From the NCBI GenBank assembly GCA_963733195.1, contig CAVTCR010000050.1:96001-160000 (forward strand): a stretch of 64,000 nt of DNA, given 5' to 3'. The stretch's first letter is position 1, and the number at the start of each line of letters is the position of its first letter. Shown one piece after another: positions 1 through 9,179 of the stretch. The notes under the pieces were generated by a model, which did not search any database, was not told where the DNA came from, and saw nothing but the letters and a program-made list of their open reading frames with translations. The position numbers and the translations under genes were made by a program. This DNA is from an uncultured delta proteobacterium. GTDB taxonomy: Bacteria; Desulfobacterota; Binatia; Bin18.

Positions 1-1035
1 GTCGGGACCTTCGAGGAAGGGTTACGCCGCTGTTTGAACGGAGCGGGAAGCCAAGGCAACGCCAGAAATGATCCATCGCAGGCAGGTGATAACAACGCCT
101 CCACGGCTCCTGGTGGGCGCGGATCTCGAATGGCTACAACAATCCGGCCCGGTTCGGCTCGAAGGGGCATTGCCGCTGCTGGCCCAATAGGTGACGCCAA
201 GCCGGGCAGACATGGAGCGGTACGGCGCGCCCGTAACGAACTGTTATCCTTTCAACTATTACAACACGCGCACCAACATCATTGGCTTTACCTCGACCTA
301 CAATGACTTTGAGTACACCGGCGCGGTGTTCCGCATAGAAGAGAGCTTCAGCACCAAGGAATATGTCCGCAAACTGGCGCAGGCTTCGGGCGCAACGCGC
401 GAACGCGAACGGTGGGGCAGGACCGAACCTCACTCCCAGCCAATTGCGAAGCTGAATGCCTTTACGGTCAACAAAGACTACCACACCTACACTGGCGTGT
501 GGCGCTCGATGGTCGGCTTTGACTTGCTCAAATCGGTGCCGTCCTTCAAGTACATTCCCTTCCTCCACCATTCCTTCTCTGACCAGGCCTGGTTCTTCAC
601 CGGGCAATGGTTGATGAAGAATCGGTGGAATAACGTGGCTAACCCGTTGTGCTACGTGGTCGATAACGCTGGCAATGGCGTACACCAAAGAAGAGGCGAA
701 GAGCACTGTCACGCCAAGATGGCAAGCGACACTATGGCAACGCACAGTGTCGGAACTATCGCTGGGAGCACTTGTTCTCACTGGCGGCGGTCAACCAAGG
801 GTTGTTCGCCAGTCGGTTGGAGACCCGCAACGCGGTGGCGCTTGAGCCCCGCTCTCAGGACATGCTGCTGTTCTCGCAGTGGTGGTGGCGCAACGTGTTG
901 GGGTATGAGCAGATTGAACTCTCCATGGGCGTAGCCTGGTATCCAGGCAGCAGCATGAGTCAGGGCTGGAGTGGTCTCTACGCGTTTGCTGACCGCGACC
1001 AGGTGTGGTTTGAGATGACGTACTACCTCCTCTAA
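1..1035 (+). CDS. DUF1302-like outer-membrane protein, 3' part (runs off the left edge, frameshifted); paralog of 6826-9061
   Basis: ORF pieces 191-934 and 772-1035 join into a beta-strand-rich C-terminus ending DRDQVWFEMTYYLL; DNA is highly similar to 8050-9061. Confidence 0.65.
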
Positions 1036-1083
1036 CAACCGTATGTGGGGAGCGACGGCAACGTAATTCCCTCTCCCGGAGGG

Positions 1084-2571
1084 CTTTTCATTACCCACAT
1101 CTTGCCAACTTAGCGAGACGGGCGGTAGAGGAGAAGCCCAGGAGGAAGTGAGCCGATGGGAACGGGAACTGGAAGGACAGAGGAGAACTGGGCGGTGACG
1201 GAATTTGCGGAAGCCGAATTGGGCGATGCGCGGCGCACGCAGCGGGTGATCCGCATGGCGACGGTCTTAGCGCAGCAGCCGATGGCGAGCCTGCCGGAGG
1301 CGTGTGGGAGTCCGGCGGAGCTGAAAGCGACCTATCGTTTCTTCGACAATGAGGCGGTCTCCCCGGCGGAGCTGTTAGCCAGCCATGTGAGCGCGACGTA
1401 TGAGCGGGCAGTGCGAGTGCCCGTGGTGTTAGCGGTGCAAGATACCACGGAGGTAGACTGGACGGCGCATCCGGCGACGACGGGGATGGGGCCGATCGGG
1501 CATCCCAAGCATCGGGGCTTGATGGTGCATAGCACGCTGGCGTTTACGCCGGAACGGGTGCCACTGGGATTATTAGCCCAAGACGTGTGGGCACGCGATC
1601 CAGAGAACGTGGGTCAGCGGGCGACACGGCGGCATCGTGCGATTGGGGAGAAAGAAAGTGGGAAGTGGTTGCGCAGCTTAGCAGCGGTGAATGAGGCGCA
1701 GCATGAGTGTCCGCAGACGCACTTTATTAGTGTGGGGGATCGCGAAGCCGATGTGTACGATTTGTTTGTCGCCGAGCGGGCGGAGGGCGTGGACTTACTC
1801 GTGCGTGCGGCGTGGGATCGGCGGGTCGCGCACGAGGAGCGGTATCTGTGGGCGGCCGTGCGGGTGCAGCCGGTGGCCGAGATTGTCCCCGTGCCCGTGC
1901 CCCGCCAGGGCGCTCAGCCAGCCCGCACGGCGGTGCTGACGTTGCGCTTTGGCGCGGTGGAGGTGTGTCCGCCCGGGCATCGCCGGGCCGAGCGGTTGCC
2001 GAGCGTGACGATCTGGACCGTGCACGTGGTCGAGGAGTATCCTCCGGCGGGCGTGGAGCCCCTGGAATGGTTACTGCTCACCACCTGCGAAGTGCCTTCA
2101 CCCATCGAGGCCCTGGAGTGCGTAGAGTGGTACGCGTGTCGGTTTGGCATTGAAGTCTGGCATAAAGTGCTTAAGAGTGGCTGTCGGATTGAAGCCCGAC
2201 AGTTAGAGAGCGCCGCCCGCTTGCAGCGCTGTTTAACGCTCTTCAGTGTGATCGCCTGGCGCATTGTCTATGCCACGATGCTCAGTCGCACGCTGCCGGA
2301 GTTACCCTGCACCGTCCTGTTGGCCGTGGAGGAATGGCAAGCCTTGCACTGCGCCACTCATCACACGCCGACCCCGCCGCCCACGCCCCCCACACTGCAC
2401 GAGGTCGTGCAATGGATTGCCCGCTTGGGTGGGTTTCTCGGACGGCCGGGGGATGGCGATCCCGGCGTGACAGTATTGTGGCGCGGGTTTCAACATTTAG
2501 CCGATCTCACTCGCATGTATGTGCTCCTCCGCTCACCTACGCTAAGTGCTCCAAATGTGGGTAAAGGTTAG
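1084..2571 (+). mobile_element. IS4-family (IS50/Tn5-like) insertion sequence, about 1.49 kb
   Basis: 19-bp imperfect terminal inverted repeats CTTTTCATTACCCACATCT (1084-1102) and revcomp CTAACCTTTACCCACATTT (2553-2571), resembling Tn5 ends; encloses a transposase. Confidence 0.9.
1156..2571 (+). CDS. IS4-family (Tn5/IS50-like) DDE transposase
   Basis: Motifs LGDARR, VQDTTE, GDREAD, Y..R..IE.WHKVLKSGC, IARLGGFL..GDGDPG...LWRG; stop codon lies inside the right TIR. Confidence 0.95.
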   Translation: MGTGTGRTEENWAVTEFAEAELGDARRTQRVIRMATVLAQQPMASLPEACGSPAELKATYRFFDNEAVSPAELLASHVSATYERAVRVPVVLAVQDTTEVDWTAHPATTGMGPIGHPKHRGLMVHSTLAFTPERVPLGLLAQDVWARDPENVGQRATRRHRAIGEKESGKWLRSLAAVNEAQHECPQTHFISVGDREADVYDLFVAERAEGVDLLVRAAWDRRVAHEERYLWAAVRVQPVAEIVPVPVPRQGAQPARTAVLTLRFGAVEVCPPGHRRAERLPSVTIWTVHVVEEYPPAGVEPLEWLLLTTCEVPSPIEALECVEWYACRFGIEVWHKVLKSGCRIEARQLESAARLQRCLTLFSVIAWRIVYATMLSRTLPELPCTVLLAVEEWQALHCATHHTPTPPPTPPTLHEVVQWIARLGGFLGRPGDGDPGVTVLWRGFQHLADLTRMYVLLRSPTLSAPNVGKG

Positions 2572-2665
2572 CCCTCCGGGAGAGGGCTAGGGTGAGGGAG
2601 TCCAATAAGGAATATCTATTCTTTTTTCCCCTCATCCTGACCTTCTCCCGCAGGGAGAAGGAACC
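2572..2665. repeat. Gene-less palindromic REP-like doublet (target of the IS)
   Basis: ccctccgggagagggctagggtgaggg followed about 30 nt later by ccctcatcctgaccttctcccgcagggagaaggaacc; same two arms as 2730-2763 and 3118-3155. Confidence 0.85.
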
Positions 2666-2729
2666 CATTGCTACACCTGCACGACGAACACCGCACTGGT
2701 CGCAACTTACCGTTTGTTGAGCTGTAATT

Positions 2730-2763
2730 CCCTCTCCCTCCGGGAGAGGGCTAGGGTGAGGGA
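2730..2763. repeat. REP-like hairpin downstream of the DUF559 gene
   Basis: ccctctccc-tcc-gggagaggg stem-loop plus ctagggtgaggg tail. Confidence 0.85.
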
Positions 2764-2765
2764 AT

Positions 2766-3095
2766 CTAACTGTTCGTTATAGCGGCTCGAATAGCCTCAA
2801 GTACGATATTGGGTTCGCGAAGTACGTCGTGATTCCAGAACCGTAAGACGTGGTACCCAAGACATTGTAGGTATTGTGTTCGCTGGTCATCCTGCTCTGT
2901 TCGTGTGGCATGTTGTCCACCATCGAGTTCTATCACCAGCTTCGGCTCCAAGCAGAGAAAGTCCACGATGTAACTACCGATTACTTGTTGGCGACGGAAT
3001 TTCCAGCCTTCGAGTTGGCGGTTCCTGAGTCGATACCAGAGCACCTTTTCGGCGTCAGTTTGGTGTTTCCGTAGGGCTCTGGCCAAGTGTTTCAT
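2766..3095 (-). CDS. DUF559 (Vsr-like PD-(D/E)XK) endonuclease domain protein
   Basis: ARALRK.QTDAE..LW..LRNRQL.G.KFRRQ..IG.YIVDF.C....L.IELDGGQH...D..R...L...GY.VLRFWN; likely start MKHL at 3095. Confidence 0.9.
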   Translation of the reverse strand: MKHLARALRKHQTDAEKVLWYRLRNRQLEGWKFRRQQVIGSYIVDFLCLEPKLVIELDGGQHATRTEQDDQRTQYLQCLGYHVLRFWNHDVLREPNIVLEAIRAAITNS

Positions 3096-3117
3096 CGCAA
3101 GAAATCTTACCTTGCTT

Positions 3118-3155
3118 CCCCTCATCCTGACCTTCTCCCGCAGGGAGAAGGAACC
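3118..3155. repeat. REP-like hairpin upstream of the DUF559 gene
   Basis: Identical to 2628-2665; imperfect inverted copy of 2730-2763. Confidence 0.85.
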
Positions 3156-3185
3156 TGAAGCCGTCCGCACAATGAGTTCCAAACA

Positions 3186-6100
3186 CTACTGGCTACTTCC
3201 TTCCAATTCCCCCAACAGCGCCCTCGCCTCTTGCAAATCCTCAGTCTCATATCCGTCGGTAAACCACCCACAAAGTTCAGATAACATACGGTGTGCTTCC
3301 GCGAGTCGCGAGGGCAGGTCGTGTTGCGTGTTACGTGTCATGAGTTGCGTCACTTGTTGTTGTCGCAGCCGCACTAGGCTCATCACCGCGCGCAACTCTA
3401 GCGATTTGGCTTGTTGCTGTCGTGCGGTGTCGATGGCCTTGAGGAAACACGCTTCGGCATCCGCCTTGGGGATCGTGGGTAGGGTCGGTGGATGATGTTA
3501 GGGACTTGGATTTTCGGATTTTTGCCTTTTGCTCTTTTGACCTATTCTGATCTCTGGCCTTCCTGCTGTTCAAGAAGGAGTTCTCCCTTGATTCGGTAGA
3601 TCTCTGCCTCAAAGAACCGCTCTCCACTGTTATTCATGGCAGTTTCTGCTGCCGCAATCATCGCCAGTGCATCCTCAGTTCGTTCCAGGTTTCCAAGCGC
3701 TGCCGCAAGGAGCCCCTGCCAGAGCGACATTCCAATTCGCACCTTGGCGACATGCATCGCCTCGATCCCTTGGAACATCAGATGCACACCTTCATCACTC
3801 TGTCTTTGTGTGATAAGTGCTCCCCCTCGCAGGAGCATCCCGAACGCCAGGTATTGAACGAACCCATGCGTTTGCGCCACTGGCAACAATATATCGATCT
3901 GCTCCTCGCCTGCTTCTCCGTCTCGCAGGTTCACGCGCAGCCATGCAGCAAGAAGAAGAGACGACACACTCGTATACGGATGAGACAATCCCTGTGCCCA
4001 AGCCACAGCCTCGTGGCTCTTCTGTAAAGCTAACGTTGGCTGCCCAAGAACCCACAGGATCAAGGCATCAAAAGATAACGCTAACATTTTGGGGTCAAGT
4101 AGATATTGGGGATGTTGTTGCATGTCGTAGAGCAGCGTGGTTTCGACACAGAACGTATGAGCAGCAGTAAAATCGCCACGGTAGAATGCACAGATGCCTG
4201 CCGTAAGCTGGCCCCAGAGGCACACCGCAGCGTCCCCTTCCCGCTCAGCTTTACTAACTATTTGTTCAGCAATCTCCTGCGCCGTCGTTAGCTCCCCGCG
4301 GACCAGCCTCACCAACCATAACCCCAAAAGCACAATAGACGGGAATTCGCTGTCTCCCAGTTGTTGATGCAGCTTGATAATCCGCTCGTAGACGTGTTCA
4401 ACCTCTACTGAGGCTTCTCCTTTGACTGCAATGAATGGGCCCAGCACAGTTACGTGCAGAAGAATCTCCTGCTGGGTACGTTCAGGCGTGTCTGGCCAGT
4501 GGTGGAGTAGTTCGATGCCCTTGGCAAAGTGGGCATGCGCTTCGTGAAAGGCGCATCGCCACACAGCATTTTCTGCAGCCTGTTGTGAATACTGCACTGC
4601 CCGACGATAGTCGCGCCCTAGCGTAAAGTGCCGCGCTAAGGCAGTCGCGTTTTCTTTGGTTTGCTCTCGGTATCCCGTCTCCAGCCGTGTCCCAATGCGG
4701 AGATGCAACCGAGCCTTCCGTGCGTCTGTCACTCGTTGGGAAATCACCTGCTGATATAGTGAGTGAATAAAACTGTAGCGCGTTGCCACAGTTTCGTCCG
4801 GCCATTCTTCGACTCCACAAGGACGCAGGAATTGCCCGTGATGAGCAAGTTCGCGACAGCGGTCCTCGATCTCCACAACATCGCTCTCGACCCCAGCCGC
4901 CACCGCAGCCGCAGAGAACTCGACGCCGACAACACTGGCCACTTCTAATATCTGTTGCTCTGCGGCACTGAGTCGTTCGAGCTGCTTCTCGATCATCTGT
5001 TGCAAACTCTCTGGTACCACCTCCAGCATCTGCTCCATCGATTGCAGGGACCACCCTTCGCCTTCTCTATTGCTGTGTGCCATCAGATAGTCGACCACAT
5101 TCACCAGAAAGAGTGGATTCCCGTCGGTCCGTCGATGCAGATACGCTGCCCAAATATGAAGGGGTATTCCGTCTCTGACTTCTACCGGTAAGCGCGTATC
5201 GAGATACGTCGCGACGTGGTCTTGGGTAAGCAACGGCAGCGCAATGTCTTCACATTGGTGATGCAGAAGAAGATCTTGTTTGAGGGTTGCCAACAGATAT
5301 CCGCCGTTAGCAACTTGTTTTGGTCGATAGGTGCCGATCAACAACAGACGCGCTGGTCCACGCCTGCGAGCAAGAAATGCAAGGTAATCGAGCGTCGAGG
5401 AATCACACCAGTGTAGATCTTCGAGCACCAACACCAACGGACGGCTGGCAGTCAGGACTTCCGTCACTTCGGCCATCTCGCGCAACATCCGCTCTCGCGT
5501 AGCACCTAGTGTCCGGCGCTGCAATTCCTCCACGTCGGCGTTACTGAGAAGCGCAGGAAACTGCATCAACCACGTTGGCGCGTACTGCCGGAGAATTGCA
5601 ATCAGATGCTCCCCTCCCGGCTCTCGACACATACGCCCTGTCACATCAAGTAATGGTAAATAGGCCTCTCCTGCACCGTGATGCTCGATGCACTGGCCGT
5701 AGGCGAGCCACAAATGAGGATTTGGGATTTGGGATTTGGGATTTGCGTTTTGACTTGCTTCTGGACTCTGGACGCTAGACGCTAGACTCCGAAGAAAGGC
5801 TTCGACCAGCGCGGTCTTCCCAATCCCCGGCTCGCCAGAAATAAAGACAATCTGCCGTTCGCCATTGAGCGCGCGATCTAACAAGTGGTGGAGTCGTTCG
5901 AGTTCGGGCTCGCGACCGACAAGGGAGGGGGTCGAGGGTCGGGAGTCGGGAGTCGGTTGAGGAAAGTGCTGCCGAACTTTTTGTTGCTTTTTCTCTGACC
6001 CCTGGCCCCTGACCCCTGACCCCTGAGGCAGCAGCGCAGCCGCAACCGGTGCAATAAACCGATACCCTCGTCGGGCCAGCGTCTCAATGAACCGTGGGGC

Positions 6101-6379
6101 TTCGGCATCATCTCCGAGGGCTTTGCGCAGCTCGCGCACGCAGACGATCGGCACGACATCACTCACAGTGGTACCGGGCCAAACCTCATCAAGCAGCTCC
6201 TCTTTAGTGACAAGCCGTCCGGCGCGCTTAACCAGACAGCGCAGCACGGCAAAGGTCTTCGGTCGTAACGAAACATGTTGCGATCCGCGCCACAACTGCT
6301 GGTTCTCGACATCGAGGCGAAAAGGTCGAAAGAGGATTTCTTGCGCTTCGTACACCAGCTGTCCCCCTTTTGAAGACAA
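3186..6379 (-). CDS. Winged-helix (OmpR/ToxR-type) + STAND AAA ATPase + TPR transcriptional regulator; frameshift near 3500-3545
   Basis: N-terminal LRPKTFAVL..LV...GRLVTKEELLDEVW...FIETLARRGYRFIA; Walker A GEPGIGKT; LVLEDLHW; TDGNPLFL; C-terminal LRAVMSL...WFTDGYETEDLQEARALL in ORF 3186-3395. Confidence 0.9.
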
Positions 6380-6407
6380 TTTGAAGCCAACTTGAATGAA
6401 ATTTGAA
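6370..6407. promoter_or_regulatory. Four TTGAA boxes at exact 11-bp spacing, putative wHTH regulator binding array
   Basis: TTGAA at 6370, 6381, 6392 and 6403, at the start of the wHTH regulator in the divergent promoter region. Confidence 0.55.
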
Positions 6408-6598
6408 GCGTTCTGTTATGACTTTTGACGCAAAATCTGTGTATTTCCCTCTACCAGCACGGTCTGGCTATATTGGCGTCGCCTTATAGCACAAGTAGAG
6501 AAGTACGCAAATAAAATTTGCAGCAGGGCGTAGGAAAGGAGGAGCAAAGATCTCACAACAAAACTAAACCAGACTTCAAGAGATCGGCGCAGCAGAGT

Positions 6599-6656
6599 TG
6601 TCACCCTGAACGAAGTGAAGGGTCTCTCGAGAGATTCTTCGCTGCGCTCAGAATGA
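6599..6656. repeat. CGTC/TGTC-type palindromic REP
   Basis: tgtcaccctgaacgaagtgaagggtctc...gagattcttcgctgcgctcagaatga; related copy at 30824-30892. Confidence 0.8.
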
Positions 6657-6825
6657 ATGGCACAGTGGTCACTCGTAAGGAGTGCTTCTCGTACGTACGG
6701 AAGCAGGGAAACGGGGCGGTGCTACTGCAGCACCGGCTGTGACCAGATGCAGACGGTGGGCATGGGCAATAGAAGGACCACCGTACATTCAGACAAATAC
6801 AGCTTGATAAGGAGGGAGTGAGGTC

Positions 6826-9061
6826 ATGAGGGATATCTTTCGCAGGAAAAAATGGATCGTTAGCTTGGCCTTGTTGCTAGGCGGAATCCTCTATGCCGGT
6901 TCGCTCGCATGGGCATCGACGCGAATTGGCAATGCGGAACTGCAGATGTGGTACCGCATGCGGAATACGTTCCACACCGCTGGGGGCGATAATATTAACT
7001 GGGTGCAGTGGCGCAACGAGGTCTATTTCTGGTTCGTCTACGATGGGTTTGTCGATAACGGGAAAATCCTCGGACAAGACAAGCTTGAACTTCCGTGGAT
7101 CGAAAACGCCACCTTCAATGCCCGTTATCGTTTCCGCGCCGACCCGGTCTGGACGATTCGCGAGAGCTATACAAAGCGCTACGACCATGACGAACGCAAG
7201 AGCTATCTGTTTCCTGAGAATGGTTTTCGGGATTTGTTCGTCGACCTCGATTTCGGGCAGGTCGGACGCGGCAGACTCTCCGCCCGTATCGGTAAGCAAC
7301 AGATCGTATGGGGCGAAGTCTGACCTGTATCGCTCGATTGACGTGATCAACCCGCTGCGCATTGATCAAAACCAGGGTGCAGGAGAGAAGTTCGATGAAT
7401 TTCGCTCGCCGATTTGGGCTCTTAAGCTGAATTATAGCATCGGCAATGTGGGCAGTTGGTTCTCGAACGTGTACATCGAACCGTTCTATACCCCAGGGTT
7501 TCGGGGTCCGAGCTTCAGACTTGATCATTGACGGCGGCCTCCTCCGTGCGCCCTTTCATCTCAAAGGCTGTTTGAACGACAACAACGAGCTGGTGAAGTA
7601 CAGCCCGCAGGCCTGTTCGTTCCGAGCGGGCCGATGGATCGCGAGTGTTCGTGCCGTGGAACCCGAGTTGGAAGAGCCGGTCAGCCTCCCGCCATCCGTG
7701 GGCGTTTTTTGGCCGGTCGCAGAACCCACGGGCCGGCACTCCTGACTTCTGCTAATTCAGTCGGACTCCCCGGATATTGCCAACACGCGCGATCATCTTA
7801 CGTTCCCAACGTCTACAAAGGCACCTGTAAAGGACGCACTAAATGGCATGTGGCAGGGGTGTACCTCCGCGGCCGGGTTTCGCATCTTCGGTACCAGCGT
7901 CTGGCGGCTTCGACTTTTCGCTGAACTACGCCAACATTCCCGGTCGGGCTTTCAGCGACCTTTAACTTTAGCGAGTTGGCCGCTAGCCGCGATCTCATCG
8001 GTCTATGGCGATGCGGACATTGCCGCAGAGCTGGGGCTCGCGGCTCCACAGGGCACGTTTGAGGAAGGGTTACGGCGCTGTTTGAATGTGGCAGAGGGAG
8101 TCAAGGCAATGCCCTAAACTCCAAGTCTCAGAGCACCCGGGAACGAGGCGGACACTCTTGTCTGGCGGGATCTCAATGGCTACAACAATCCGAGTCGCTT
8201 CGGCGCCGAAGGGAGCGTTGATCGCCGATGGCCCTAATAGAGGCGACGCTAAGCCGGGCCGGCATGGGGCTCTACGAGCACCGATGACGTTCTGTGCGCC
8301 GGCACATTATAACTGGACCCGCACCCATGTCATCGGGTTTACGTCCACCTACAATGACTTCGAATACACTGGTGCAGTGTTCCGCATTGGAGCAGAGCTT
8401 CAGCACCAAGGAGCATGTCCGCAAACTGCCTGCGGGCACTGGGCGCAATGCCGATCTCACAGGGGAAACTGCAGCCAAAAACCTGGCGTTTTCTCGAATC
8501 AGGACTACCACACCTACACTGCCGTGTGGCGGTCGATGGTCGGTTTTGACTTGCTCAAGTCGGTGCCGTCCTTCAAGTTACATTCCGTTCTTGCATCACT
8601 CCTTCTACGATCAGGCGTGGTTTTTCACCGGGCAGTGGTTGATGAAGAATCAGTGGAGCAACATCGCCAACCCGCTGTGCTACGTTGTCGATAACGCCGG
8701 CAATGGGCTCACCAAACAAGAGGCGAAAGAGTTGTCGCGGCAGGATGGCAAACGCCATTATGGTAATGCACAGTGTCGGAACTACCGCTGGGAGCATCTG
8801 TTCACACTGGCGGCGGTCAACCAAGGGTTGTTTGCCAGCCGGGTGGAAACTCGGAACGCGGTGGGGTTCGAGCCCCGCGCTCAGGACATGCTGCTGTTCT
8901 CGCAATGGTGGTGGCGCAACGTGTTGGGGTATGAGCAGATTGAACTCTCCATGGGCGTAGCCTGGTATCCAGGCAGTAGCATGAGTCAGGGCTGGACTGG
9001 TCTCTACGCTTTTGCTGACCGCGACCAGGTCTGGTTTGAGATGACGTATTATCTGCTCTAG
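6826..9061 (+). CDS. DUF1302-like outer-membrane beta-barrel protein (several frameshifts)
   Basis: Signal peptide, RBS GGAGG, motifs RIGKQQIVWGE / SDLYRSIDVINP / DEFRSPIWALK across ORFs 6826-7323, 6893-7531 and 8294-9061; aromatic C-terminus. Confidence 0.7.
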
Positions 9062-9179
9062 TAACAGTAGACAGTAGACAGGATAAAGGAGTCAAGGGGA
9101 AAGGATAATGGGACTCGTAGGCTTTCCATGATGGTTACGTTGTCTCTCATCTGCTTGGCTACTGACTACTGATCTACTT

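Noticed and set aside
1-9061. DGR template/variable repeat pair (DUF1302 duplicates plus an Avd-like remnant)
   Set aside because: Differences between the copies are not adenine-specific, both copies are coding, and no reverse transcriptase is in the window
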